This document shows, piece by piece, positions 37,276 through 49,971 of a DNA stretch of 64,000 nucleotides. The DNA lies in NCBI RefSeq assembly GCF_006345805.1, contig NC_043013.1, forward strand, positions 17,546,001 to 17,610,000, given 5' to 3'. The number at the start of each line of letters is the position of its first letter. Within the stretch, counting starts at the first letter, position 1. Below the pieces are notes generated by a model. It searched no databases and was not told the DNA's origin. It worked only from the letters and a program-made list of their open reading frames with translations. The position numbers were made by a program, and so were the translations under genes. Origin of the DNA: Octopus sinensis (Eukaryota).

Positions 37276-38184
37276 ATAAAAATCTCAAGTTATCAAATTG
37301 TAGGGGAAGACTGAAAACTATCTTCATATGGAGTTTGGAAAAAAAAAAAACCTCATTGTTCTTCAAACTATACAGAACATTGACAGGGTTATAATTTCAG
37401 ATCTTACTATTGTCATTATTTTGTTTATTGAGCAAGGCAATTAATTCTGTTGTAATTTGAACAAAGAGAATACGACAAAGTGTGATGTGAAAGGTCATAA
37501 TTGGTTTTCTTCAACTGGTAATCAAATCTAAGCCTTATCAGCTCAACCTAAAACTATAATTACTTATTCTGACATTCAGTGCTCCGAGTTCAAATCCCAC
37601 AGAGGTCAACTTTGCCTTTTATTCTTTCAGGGTTGATAAAATACCATCCCAAAGTGGTGGATTAGCTTAACTGTAGTATTACTGGATTATATGCCTTGAG
37701 GTATTTGCAGCAGCTCTTTTGCATTTTGAGTTAAAGTCCTGCCATTGCCTTACCTGAGCGGTACATGTAAGCCCTCACTGGTACTTTAGGTGCCTTTAAC
37801 TAAACTCAAACTGTTGAGGGCATTTAGGCTAGGCTTGACGATCTCTCCCTACTACTAGTCTCAGAGGCTTTGTGAAGGGTTATGGGTTACCCTTCTGAAA
37901 CAACATTTCTTCAGTTCATCAAAATAGCTGATAAAGACACTAAGTTAAAACTCAGTTATCAACTGCTGTTATTAAAACAATAAAAGATTAAATTAGCCCT
38001 AAAAATTAGTCCAAACCTTTTGAAAATGGAAATGCAGTAGCTGATGTAATTTGTGGTATGAATTTTAATAACTTTACTAGCATAATCAAATGATTAGATC
38101 TATTTGCTTGGCAGAGTCAAAGAGAAAACTTTTTCTTGACAAACAAGCATACAGTAATAGTAGTAGGAATTTTGAACGACATAC

Positions 38185-38348
38185 CTAAAGTTTCCCTTTC
38201 TTGCTTGTATGTGTGTAGGTATTTTCTCCTCCTTTCCTTCATGATGTGTTGTAAACGTTTGAACTGGTCAATGTAGAGTGACTGTAATCGAATTAGTTTG
38301 TCCCTTAAAATTAGGGCCACTTCTTCGGCTGTGTAAACTGCAGCATGT
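38185..38348 (-). CDS. KANSL2: KANSL2 exon 5
   Basis: [45 protein letters not shown], near-invariant in KANSL2. Confidence 0.97.
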
Positions 38349-38481
38349 CTAAAAACAGATCAGATTAACCAGATGTTATTTTTCCAGCATCTTTACATGA
38401 GACAATCAAATACAATTTTATTCTAAATTTCTTATCTTTTAAAACTACAATGGAGTACAATGTTATCTTGAATTATTTCCA

Positions 38482-38875
38482 TACTCTTTTACTTGTTTCA
38501 GTCATTTCATTGCAGCCATGCTGGAGCACCGCCTTTAATCGAGCAACTCGACCCCGGGACTTATTCTTTTGTAAGCCCAGTACTTATTCTATCGGTCTCT
38601 TTTGCCAAACCACTAAGTAACGGGGACCAGCATTGGTTGTCAAGAAATGCTAGGGGGACAAACACAGACACACAAATGCATATATATATATACATACACA
38701 CACACATATATACGACGAGCTTCTTTCAGTTTCCCTCTACCAAATCCACTCACAAGGCTTTGGTCAGCCCGAGGTTATAGTAGAAGACACTTGCCCGAGG
38801 TGCCACGCAGTGGGACTGAACCCGGAACCATGTGGTTGGTAAACAAGCTACTTACCACACAGCCACTCCTGCACC
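38482..38875 (-). mobile_element. SINE family A, full length, in a KANSL2 intron
   Basis: High similarity to the reverse complement of 16900-17303. Confidence 0.9.
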
Positions 38876-39521
38876 TATGTAAATGTTTTTCACATAACAC
38901 CACCCTTCATGCATAACCTGTCTCTATGAATGAACAAAGGAGCTCTTTTACATATGGTCTGTCAACCTGCTAAAAATAGCAGCCAAATCTTCAATTGCAT
39001 CATTCTTACATTCTCACAATCAAACAAAGCTATCCTAGATATATATTTGGAAAAAAAAAAAAACCCACAAGATAGCCAGTCAGAATTCCTACCAAATGGG
39101 GGCTGATATGAATGCTAAACAATAACCCTTCCCTTTTAAACTTCAACATCCCTTTACCAAGTCATCTGTGACCTTCACTCTACTAATAACCCTTTTGTTA
39201 TATTTCTGTTCAAATACACTGCATCTGTCTCAGTTAATTTTTAAAATAAAGAATTTAGTAAAATATTTTATAATTTCAAAGCTGGTGTTTGGAACATAAA
39301 TTAACAGGAAATTTTGATGAACAGTTTTAATTTAGGTCACTTTAAAACAAAGTTTGTATCATGCAACAATAGCCTCAGCTTTACCAAAGTTTTGTGAAAT
39401 TGCATGCAGGTGTTGATGAATGGTTGAATAACCAAATCTGTGCAAACAAGTATGCATATGCACATGCACAAGTATGTAAACCAACAAGAAAGTCTATTAA
39501 CAGGTATGTTGCACAAAAACA

Positions 39522-40509
39522 TTGGGTCATCCCATAAATAATGCAATTTTTTATACTCCTATTTTTCAAAATTAAGATAAAGTTAATTTTTTTAATCTAA
39601 AATATACTCTCCATTTTCTACAATGCTTTTCCATCAATCTGGTAGACTCGCAAGGCCCCTCTTCCAAAATTCACTTGTCTGTGACAAAAAATACTCCTCC
39701 AGTACTGCCCTGACCTTGTCTACAAAATTTATATTTTTCCCTCCAAATGATGCTGAAGACTGTGGAATAAATAATAATCAGATAGGGCAATATCCGGCGA
39801 ATATGGTGGGTGGGGCATTATTTCTCATTCAAACTGCTTCAGCCTTTGGAATGCCATCCTCGCTGTATGTGACCAAGCATTATCCTGATGGAAGAACACC
39901 TTTTGTCTTCAAACCAAAGATAGTCATTTTTCTTCTAGAAAAAGGCTCATTTGTGAGATATGACAGCAAAGATCACACATTCACTCTCTGCACACGATTA
40001 GACTCAGAAAGTTTGTGAGGAACCCATTGACCCAATTTGCTGACATTTCCGATTGCACGCAGGTGTTGATGAATGGTTGAATGATCAAATCCAAGTTTCG
40101 CTGCTAGTTCCTTAACAGTTATGGTAGGATTCTGTTCCATCAGGGTTTGCAGGCCTCGTCAAGCTCTGTAGATCTTCCAGGACAAGGCTCATTTTCTAGG
40201 CTTCGTTTCCAGTTCGGAATTTCTGGAACGACCAGTGACACTGGCTTACACTGCATTAATATTCCTCGTACTTACCGTTGCGTTGTTGCCTTTATTGAAA
40301 CTTATAAAGCAAAATATGTTTGTCACTTCCATTATAGCCTTGTAAAAATAACATTGAACTGTACTCTTCAAAACTTGCACTAAGAATAAGGGCAAGGTAA
40401 AATTACTACCTGCTTTTATAGCAAGTTGATGCAGGTAATTTATACTGTCCCCCTCCAACTTTTAGTTCATGCAATTGGAAAAAATTGCATTATTTATGGG
40501 ATGACCCAA
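39522..40509 (-). mobile_element. Internally deleted mariner with perfect TIRs
   Basis: 32-bp perfect inverted repeat (39521-39552 / 40479-40510). Remnants QWVPHKL, FHQDNA and HPPYSPDIALSD; the TGDEKW region is missing. Confidence 0.92.
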
Positions 40510-40518
40510 TACTTTGTC

Positions 40519-40519
<1 letters not shown>

Positions 40520-40550
<31 letters not shown>

Positions 40551-40970
40551 TGTGTACAGTGCTCAGGTGCACTACAACTCATCTAAAGTGTATATATAAT
40601 CAGGTGAAGTTTCGGCGGATTTCGGAAAGCATGAGGGCCTTAAAAGATGCAGTGTCATGGCAGTCAACAACTGACGCAGGCAGTTTATTCCATGCTTCAG
40701 CAACTCTGAGCGTGAAAAAATGTTTCCGAAAGTCATGGGAGCTGTATTGTTTTCTGACTTTGTAGGCATGTCCACGTGTGTTAGACACATGGAGATCAAA
40801 AAGGTGTTCAGTGTTGTTGTTGGTGAGGTGGTTGATAACTTTGTGGGTGTTTACCAAGTCCGTCGCCAAACGCCGGAGCTTCAGTGAATCCATGCCCAGG
40901 GAAACAAGGCGCTCAGAATATGGTAGGTGTCTGATGGAGGGTATGCGTTTGGTTGCACGTCTCTATTTAT
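40520..40970 (-). mobile_element. 5'-truncated CR1/L2-group LINE 3' end with (ATT)n tail
   Basis: Uninterrupted RRATKRIPSIRHLPYSERL...NTRGHAYKVRKQYSSHDFRKHFFTLRVAEAWNKLP; short 3' UTR, then (TTA)n on - at 40520-40550. Confidence 0.9.
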
Positions 40971-41152
40971 ATTGACCAAGTTTCACAGCTGCTCCTTTTC
41001 CTATTTCTCCATCAGAAAGTCATTGAATCAGTGATTGGTTTGCAGAACAACCAAACGTAACAAAGCTGTTGTTGACAAAATATAGGATATCAAAGATTAA
41101 CACAATATAAAAAAGCCAAGGCTGAATCTAAAGAGAAAGAAAGGTGGCTTAC

Positions 41153-41267
41153 TTCAAAGGATCATCCTGCTCACTGTCAATACTCTCAGCATCGCTTTCA
41201 CCCTCTCCTCGCCATGCTTGGTCAACAAGAGGAGGTTCTACATCTGAATCACTGGAGCTGGCGTAAT
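41153..41267 (-). CDS. KANSL2: KANSL2 exon 4
   Basis: DYASSSDSDVEPPLVDQAWRGEGESDAESIDSEQDDPLK, the conserved KANSL2 acidic motif; canonical splice sites. Confidence 0.95.
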
Positions 41268-41819
41268 CTACAAGTTAACAAATATCAAAATATGAAGAGT
41301 GTGCATGTATACATGAATGTAAAACAGTAATATGTGTACACGTGTGGTAGCTTTGAACATGATTTCAATTTTAAGAAAATTTGGTTTCATTCCAAGATAT
41401 GATCATATTTGGAATTTAAAATTTTCATTGAAAGAATATCAAATGAAAAACCAAACCCATCAGTTTTGTCTGGAAACATTAAATACAAATGCTTCCTTTA
41501 GGTTTAATATTCAGAAACAAAGGGCAGTTCAAATCTCAAGTTTTAAATATTCTGTTAAGCATAAAATGCACTGTATTTAATGGCATAAAAGATGCATGGG
41601 TATATCAGATGCATCCCAATTTCAGGAACACAAACTCAAGGAAAAATGTTTTAAAGCATTAAAGCATGTAATATTGGCCCAACTTTGCATATCGGGCCTG
41701 GGGTTATTTTTCTGAGACATTTTGGCAGAGTAAAAGGGGCATGGAAGTTCTGGTTTATAATAGATTACATTCATGAGTTGACACATTGTCACACTGCAAC
41801 AATTCCAAAGACATCTTAC

Positions 41820-42001
41820 CAATTATTCTGCTAGCAAGACTTTCATTATTATTCCGGTATTTTCTAACATCACTCTCACATTCTGGACTACCATAATGGT
41901 CAAGTTCTTCCAACAGAGTTTCTGGAGTTTCCTTTGGTTTACATTTTCGTGTTGAGCGTTGACGTAGCAACGCAGCTCTTCGAGCATGGAAGAAGCAATA
42001 T
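41820..42001 (-). CDS. KANSL2: KANSL2 exon 3
   Basis: YCFFHARRAALL...SLASRII; tacag acceptor and G|gtaaga donor; phases 2 to 1. Confidence 0.9.
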
Positions 42002-43109
42002 CTGTATTGAAAGACAAAACACATCGATAATAATCACAGTATTCAACAAGGTATTATTAAAAGATTATGTACACATAAACAAAAAAATGAGTTGACTATT
42101 CCATCCTTCAGTGAGAGGATCTCAAACACAATCCAACATGACCACCTCTGATGCCATGAATAAGAGTGGATGAGTAAAGCTGGTATGTGATAAAATGATA
42201 ATGACTGAGTGTATGTAAGTATGCTTGAGGCCAAGGTATTGGTTTTTCTTTTTTAGCCCTAAAGTGGAAGGTGAATATTTTCAATGTGGATTTTACAATG
42301 TTATATAGCATATCATTTGTAGTGCTTTTGAGGAATTTTGAGTGTTGTTCATGTGGTTGAGGTCCAAGGTCAATTAACAATTTTATATTCATGCCCCATT
42401 ATTTTACATTTATATTGATGGATGGATCACCATCAGTTTCAAAAATGAGAATTGAGTTGTTTTGTTAACTGAATTAGCATTTAAGTGACTGAGTATTCCA
42501 AAGCTACATGCTTAATGTAATTCTCAGGCAGTTGAATTTTCATTTTTATGCCAGCGCCGCCCTGACTGGCTTCCGTGCCGGTGACACGTCAAAAGCATCA
42601 ATCCGATTGTGGCTGTTGCCAGCCTCGCTTGGCACCTGTGCTGGTGGCACGTAAAAAGCACCCACTACACTCACGGAGTGGTTGGCGTTAGGAAGGGCAT
42701 CCAGCTGTAGAAACACTGCCAGATCAGACTGGAGCCTGATGCAGCCTTCTGGCTTTCCAGATCCCGGTCAAACTGTCCAACCCATGCTAGCATGGAAAAT
42801 GGACGTTAAACGACGACGATGATGATTAGTGACAATGTATAACAAAACTATACATTTGAGTTACAGGTACAAGTTACTCAACAGGCTTCTGTACAGTTAC
42901 CATGTACCCAATTCACTCACAAGGTATGAGTTAACCTGAGGCTACAGAAAATATTTGTTCAAGATGCCATACAGTGGGATTGAACCCAGGACTTTATTGT
43001 TGCAAAGCAAACTTAACCATTTGTCCATATTGCATCTATTTCAAAGCAGGGTGTCTTGCACACTTATTTACCCACACCTAGTTTATCTCATAAATGCTAA
43101 CCACTTAAC

Positions 43110-43330
43110 TGTAACTCTTTAGAATTTAAACCAATCATATGCAGCCCAAACATTCAGTTTTATGTTCAAACTGGCCAGATCTGGCCTCTTACACATACTC
43201 TGCAATATCATTCTAAAAACGAGTTATCTCATCAAAATTTCAAAGCTACAAAGATAATGCAAGATTAATTAAAAACGTGTGAATAAATAAGCATTACTTT
43301 GGATAGAATAATGTGAATGCTAAAGGGTTA
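43110..43330. mobile_element. piggyBac-like MITE (older copy at ~31878-32095)
   Basis: Right end AATGCTAAAGGG|TTAA and degenerate left end (t)aactctttagaatt; the internal sequence is shared with 31878-32095. Confidence 0.55.
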
Positions 43331-44209
43331 AATATAGAAATGAGAAAACTAGCTTCAGTCAACATGGAATAATTTATCTTTAACCAACCTTTTCACAACA
43401 GATTCTCTTTTCTTTGGTTCTCTTAAGTGAGCAAATGAAAAAGAAAAAAAAAATTAGTGAACAATAATTCAACTAGGGAGGTTTGCAAATCAACATGTAT
43501 ATATGGCAGAAGAGGGGATAGCATATAATGGAAAGTTCAGTATGTAAAAATTAAGGTTTGTTCACCTTTTCATAACTTAGTGATAGTATAAGTAGCAATG
43601 TAACTACTGAAATTAATTTCATCAGCTAAATCTTTTAAGGTAGTGCCCCGGAATGGCCACAGTTCAAAGCAAGTGTAAAATGTGCTCACAATATAGAACA
43701 CACACACACAAATCACTATATTTTTTTTATAAATTTGTCAAAAAAGATTTTGACAATCTGCCATTTGAGAATGTTGAAATTCCACTGTAAATTGTTACAC
43801 TCTAGCAATTAAGAAAGTGGTTCTAGTTGAGCTTCATAGAAAAAAGCAAACAAATATATAACAAAAGAATATTTTACTCTTAAATTTAAATAAAAAATTT
43901 CTTTGAAAACATTTTTTTATCAAATATTGTAGCAATTTATCATTACTATAAATTAATTTTCTATAAGTTTTCCCAGAGTCCTATAACATTCTTAGTGTTT
44001 TTTTTAGGAATATACGAACAGGAAAAACAGCACATATACATTCACATATATATATACTCTAGTTTGGGGCGTATATAATATACCTAATTATTTAACAATA
44101 TACAAAGTATCAGACAAAAAACACACTCACATATATACTTCAGTTTCTTTGGGAGCTAAAATGTCTAACAGACTTGAAGATTAAAATCATCTCTATACAA
44201 CTGTTGAGT

Positions 44210-45100
44210 ACTTTGTTCATTCATCATCTTAGCAGCCATATTAGTTGGAGTAAGATTAGGTCTTTTACAGAACCATTTGTTAAATAAGGCAGTTGTGATG
44301 AAAGATTGGTAGAGATTTTTTTTTAGTTCATCAAATGATGAGGTCAGCCATGTCTGTCTTAATCGATTACAACAATAACTTCTCCAAATTCCAAAAGTCT
44401 CGCAGTCAAACCAGCTGAAAACCGGTCTTTGTTAAGATTAGACCTCAATTTTTATTTCCAGTTTAAGTTTCTTAAAACACTTTCACAAATCTGATGATTT
44501 CAAGCAACTTCTGATCTAACCAACTTTTGTTGCCTTTGGAATGGTAAAAGGTGTCTGAAAGTCCCCTTCCAGGACAATTGTTATTTGGTCAAAAGGAGAA
44601 TATATTTCCCTGACATCCCTAAACAATGGTGTGGCTCAATAGCAGTTTCAATACACTGAGTTGTTTTACCTTCAGATAGTAGAATGGCACCTGAAGATGT
44701 TTAGTGTCACAGAAATTTTCCTCCTTCCTTACTTCAGCTAGAAGTAGGCTTATCAGAAATGTTTTTCTTGCTACCCACAAGTGTATCAAGAAAAAATATT
44801 TCACCTTTTTGGTTTTAAATATGGTCATCAATTAGTGATAGTAAGTTTTTTTAATCATTGATTGAGTAGTTTAGTCTCACTTTGATCCATTAACTAAGCT
44901 GAAGAATTAGCACTGTAACGGAGCGAATTTGTTTTCTCCCTTTACCAAATAAGTCTTCAACAGCAATGAGAACCATGTTGAAGATGGAGTCACTGAAATA
45001 AATGACAACCTCAGGATTATATTGCTGTACTTGATGCTTTGAGAGATGACTCCATGTTTTAAATAAAACTGTTAAGACCGTTGCAGTTTTCAATGTGACT
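44210..45100 (-). mobile_element. Helitron PIF1-type helicase fossil
   Basis: Interrupted frames read FSDSIFNMVLIAVED, KTFLISLLLAEVRKE (Walker A region), GDFQTP..IPKATK...IRSCLKSS and WFCKRPNLTPTNMAAKMMNEQ, all typical of Helitron helicases. Confidence 0.75.
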
Positions 45101-46324
45101 GCGAAACAAATGTTTTCTCTATTCTTCCTTCCTACTGACCATTATTCTGCAACAGGCCTCACTTAGAACATGCTTCTCTATATATAATAGAACTGCAACC
45201 ACTCCACTTTTCAAAAGGTGATGCAATGATTTCCATCCTCTGACTTTATGTAAGAACATCCTTAACTAGGGACATCTTTGCTGACTGAGATGAACAGCAA
45301 AGCTACTTCCCCATATGTTTGTAGCCAGGAGAAACTTGATAAGCAAATGTGTCATCATGACAAACTAAAAACAAAACGCTGTAAACATGTAGCAGCCATT
45401 AGAGCTAGAGCTTGCAGTACTGCAGTTGTAACAGTGGTGGTTTACATCCATGTAGTCTATATTTGAATACTTGCATGATTATCAAAAAAGAATTAAGTAT
45501 ATCGACACAATATATCTAGTTTAATGAGATTGGATTACACAATTCATGGGACCTACCTTAACCAGACACAACACTTATGGCCAACAGTTAAAATTTCAAA
45601 TGGAATGAGGAAGCTGCAACAACATGTAAAACAACTAACACACCTACCAGGGACCAAAAGATTCTTTACGTTATCAAACAGCTAACGAGAGTTCTTTTAA
45701 TTCAGTAATAAAGTATGAATTTAGAGATATTTGATTGTTACTTCTAGCAAGTTGAGTGAACACACAGAAGCTCCTTTCATAGAGATCATTCAACTGCTAA
45801 TAAGAAATAGAAAAGTTTGCCTTTAGGTCACAAGTTGACATGTTTCATTATTTAGATTGCTATAGGTTGGAAAATTACTCTTCACCATCCAACCTGGAAC
45901 ACTTTCCCAAGTAAGATTTAGATTCAAATTCACTGGATTTGTCAACTATTTTGTCTTGTAATTCAAGGCACTTTACCCAATTCAGACCAGCAATCTATAT
46001 CTTATACCACTAAGATTCTTCATTATACAGAAGCAGAAATTCAATGGCTCAAATACTATATTACATTAGAGACAAGTCTTGAATGTGACAAACTCTAGCT
46101 TCTGTTTATAAAATATTTCAAAAGAGCCATTTGTGTTCTGCACCAGCCATAGACAGGGAATCACACACAAAACCATGGAGAAATTAGAAATTGCTCCACT
46201 GTTGTCTTACATCCATTATCTTCCATGTTTGGATTGGAAAAGTTAGTCTACATGTTACATACATGTAATATGGAGGAAGTAAAAAAAAATGGTTGTTTAT
46301 CACACACACACACAATGTACTTAC

Positions 46325-46558
46325 TCATCTTTGCGATCAACTTTTGGGGCTGCATTTGGACACCTTTTGCCAGTCTTGGTCGCTACATAACTGCATTGCT
46401 TAAACGGGGTGTTTTTGTCTTCAAGTATATGTTTTAAGCAATACAGGGAGCCATCCAATCGGTTTTGCATACATACTCGATGACTGTAGTTACAAAATAA
46501 TCCTTCCACAGGACCTTTAGTCTGACGCTTCAGAAAACTGTTTTTGGTTCGGTTAATT
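46325..46558 (-). CDS. KANSL2: KAT8 regulatory NSL complex subunit 2, exon 2 (first C3Hc3H-type zinc finger)
   Basis: [52 protein letters not shown] closely matches KANSL2; ag/gtaagt splice sites. Confidence 0.95.
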
Positions 46559-48201
46559 CTAAAGAGAAAAAAAGGTTGACAAGAAATTGATTTTACTGAA
46601 CACTGAATCAAGCTACAAAATGAAAGTTTTTATCCTAATGAATACTATCAAAGCTCTCACACATATATGCTAAGTGGTGCTATATAGCAATAAAAAAATT
46701 TCTGCAGTTTTAGTGTAAACCCATATTATTACTCTTGACATTGGCGTATTTGGCACTGAAATGCTCTGATAAAGTTTTCCCTCTTGGACCATCAATACTG
46801 TTCTCATTTGTATCAATACAACCATCCAGTTTATGATTTCATACTTCATCTCAGTTTTTGTCATTCTCTGTTTGCCTAATTCAGTCTAGTTGCTAACAGA
46901 AATAATACCTTAGTACTCAAAACTTAATCCTTTTGTTACCATATTTCAGTTGAAAAACACAGTTTCAACTAATTTTGAAAATAATGAGTAATTCAGTAAA
47001 ATAACTGTCATTAAGCTGATGTTTGGAACATAAATCAACAAGAAATTTTAATGAAAAGGTTTTAATTTAGATCACTTTAAAACAAGAAGATTGTATTATA
47101 GAATGAAGGCTGGTCTAAAGTGCATAGATATCAAAAAGGTTAAAGTACCAATGACATTTCAAAAGGGTCACCATCCTTGGTAGCGTGAAGACACTACAAT
47201 TTATGGATTGCAGCAATAAGAAGTAACCCATTACAATACTGAGTTTGTTTGATACAAGACAGTGATGGTTGTGTCTATCACACAACTACAAAGTTTCTGG
47301 TTTGACCCCCCCAACCCTAGAATATTGCAAGCCAGTTCTTGGTTGGCAGAACTAATCCCTTGTCTAGTTTGACATTACTAACCTTTATCAGGTCTCAAGA
47401 AAATAACTTCCACCCAACAGTCTTGCAAGAAACAAAACTTAAGGCACCCACAGGGAAACAGACTGAGTCAATCATACCTCCAAGAATGGGTAATTCAACA
47501 GACAAATACCGACATAATTTAAGTCAGCTCACACAACTGAGACTGATCCAAGACTGTTGTAGAAGAGAGCTCCCAAGGTCATTACATACCTTGTATCTAC
47601 GACTTCATTATCTCACTTCAACCTGCTGCTAATATCCTCACCCTACCCACACTTATTTGAGAAATCAATGCTTCATCTGCTGGAAATAGCTATATCTCAT
47701 TTACAGCACGCCCTATTGGCTTAAATAGTACATTGGGTAAGGTAGCTCCATGTACACTAGGCCTCTGAAATAATACACAGATAAAGTCCTTGGTTATAAC
47801 ACTTAATTCTGACAATCAACATTGAGACAAATGACCTTATGGTATGATTTCATCTGCACGACAGACATCTCTATGAACAGAAACATTCACATCACAGCAG
47901 AAAAAAAAACTGGACACTACACAGTCACTTGATCAATACTGCATTAAAAAGGTACACAATTACTGATGCAATCTTAAACACTGAAGGAAAAAAATGGATT
48001 ATCAAGGCTAGAATGCTTTGGTCCTAGGCCTGCTCCATCAGGACAGATTTTGGATAAACAGGCTGTACACAACCTGAGATAAAACATCCAAATAATGACA
48101 GCATCATTACTCAGGAAAACAAATGAGCAAACCAAATACTTGGCCACTCAACTTGCTAAAAATAGCAAAATCTCCCTTATATCACACCACAGTTATCTTG
48201 C

Positions 48202-48249
<48 letters not shown>

Positions 48250-48939
48250 TAAAGTCATGTAACAGCTGTCTTCTTTGCCGGCATGGGTTGGATGGTTTGA
48301 CAGAATCTAACTGGTCAAAGGACTGCACTATACTTCAATGTGTGGACTGGCATGATTTATAACTAAATGACCTTGGTAATGCTAACCACTTTACAGTGTA
48401 CTGGGTGCTTTTTTAATGGGACCAACACTTCAGTAAGAAACCTATTCCAATTTCTTACTGTAGAGCTACATGGTTCCTCACGTTATACAAGAGTGGCTGA
48501 GTAATCAGGATGAAGGTGGAAAGAGGAACAAAGTGATGGTGGTGACAAAGTACCAGGTTGGATGGGGGGTGGGGGCATAGAACAAGAAGGTTGGCTGGGT
48601 AGAGGCAGCAAAAATGCATGGAGAAGGCGAGATGTAGTAAGAGATGGCGAAGGGATGCAAATATACTGAATGATGAACAAGGGCCGATAGAAGACGGTCA
48701 ATGATGAGTTGGATGAAAGGTTCGGAAAAGTAGAGATTGGGATATACATTAGGGGTGAATGGTGGAGGTGTAATCAATGAAGAGATGGAGTTAGGGAGTA
48801 AATGCGATCCTAAATACAATGTATCTGAAAAAGAAAAAGCCCCGGACAGATCGATCGTAAGTCTGCTTAAATTGACCTGGGGTTAAACAGCAATGGCAAG
48901 TTTCTTAGGGATCAGCCCTTAATGCAGAATCAATGTTAC

Positions 48940-48956
48940 TGTCGGCTGTTAGTCAT
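48940..48956 (-). CDS. KANSL2: KANSL2 predicted first coding segment (MTNSRQ), in an exon starting at 49054
   Basis: Acceptor ttttctcttag at 49055, in-frame stops upstream, ATG at 48956 (alternative in-frame ATG at 48995). Donor CA|gtaaca is phase 2, matching the next exon. Tentative. Confidence 0.45.
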
Positions 48957-49940
48957 CACTGAAACAATGCGACACCTTCGGCACTCCCATGACATTTCTA
49001 GCAATGGACATCTTCACTATTTGTAAAGTCTATGAGGATGTGTGCAAGCGGAAACTAAGAGAAAAAAATTGCTAAAAAAATGTCAAAATTCCAGTGAGTT
49101 GTTCAAACAGTGTTTCCAACCGTGACTAATTCCATCTTCAAAAATAATTTAGATTAAAAGAGAAACACTTAAGATGGTGGTTTGTGATATGAGGATTTTG
49201 CTGTTGTTTCTAGCATTTCGGGGGGGGGGGGTTGTAAATGCAATCATTTCATAAATCAATATTTAGAGAATATAACTGAGGCACTGGAATAGATTCCTTT
49301 AGTTGATGGAGAAATCTTTGGTATAAATTTTTTCATAAAACCGAAATTTGATTATTTCGCTCTATAAAGTTTAGATAATCCAATTTTTCACTTTTTATAA
49401 AATCTAAAACGAGAAAATATTTTCGAAAAATAAATTAACAACTGTTGAAAAAAAAATAGAATAATTTGTGGGAAATATCTGGATTTCTTTTTTCATCAAA
49501 CAAAAATAGTATTAAAAGGCGAATCGGTCGCATTTTAGATTTTGTTGGCTAAACTCGAGGTTTAGCATTAAAGGTGGAAGCTATAATCAGTCAACTTTCG
49601 CGATACGTTGTGAAAACAATAAACCCGAAACACTAATCAAGTGACACTGGCTCACAGAAGATGGGGGGGAGAAGCGAAAGGTAAATGTGAACAAGAAGCT
49701 GTGAGAGAGATGTTATGGCGGGGACGAAACTAGAACAAGGAGGATGAATGGAGTCGATATTTACTGTCCAGACGAGCTTCCATAGTTGAAAATTATTAAT
49801 GGACGCCTTAAAATGAAGAACTACGTCGGTTTCAAATAACGTACAAAGATATTACTAGTTTAGCCAAATATATATTTTATATTTACATATATATATATAT
49901 TTATATACATATATACACATACACACACACACACACATAT

Positions 49941-49971
<31 letters not shown>

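Noticed and set aside
48905-48960. C/D snoRNA-like GTGATGA...CTGA on -
   Set aside because: It overlaps the predicted KANSL2 start codon and splice donor, has no terminal stem and no recognisable rRNA guide.
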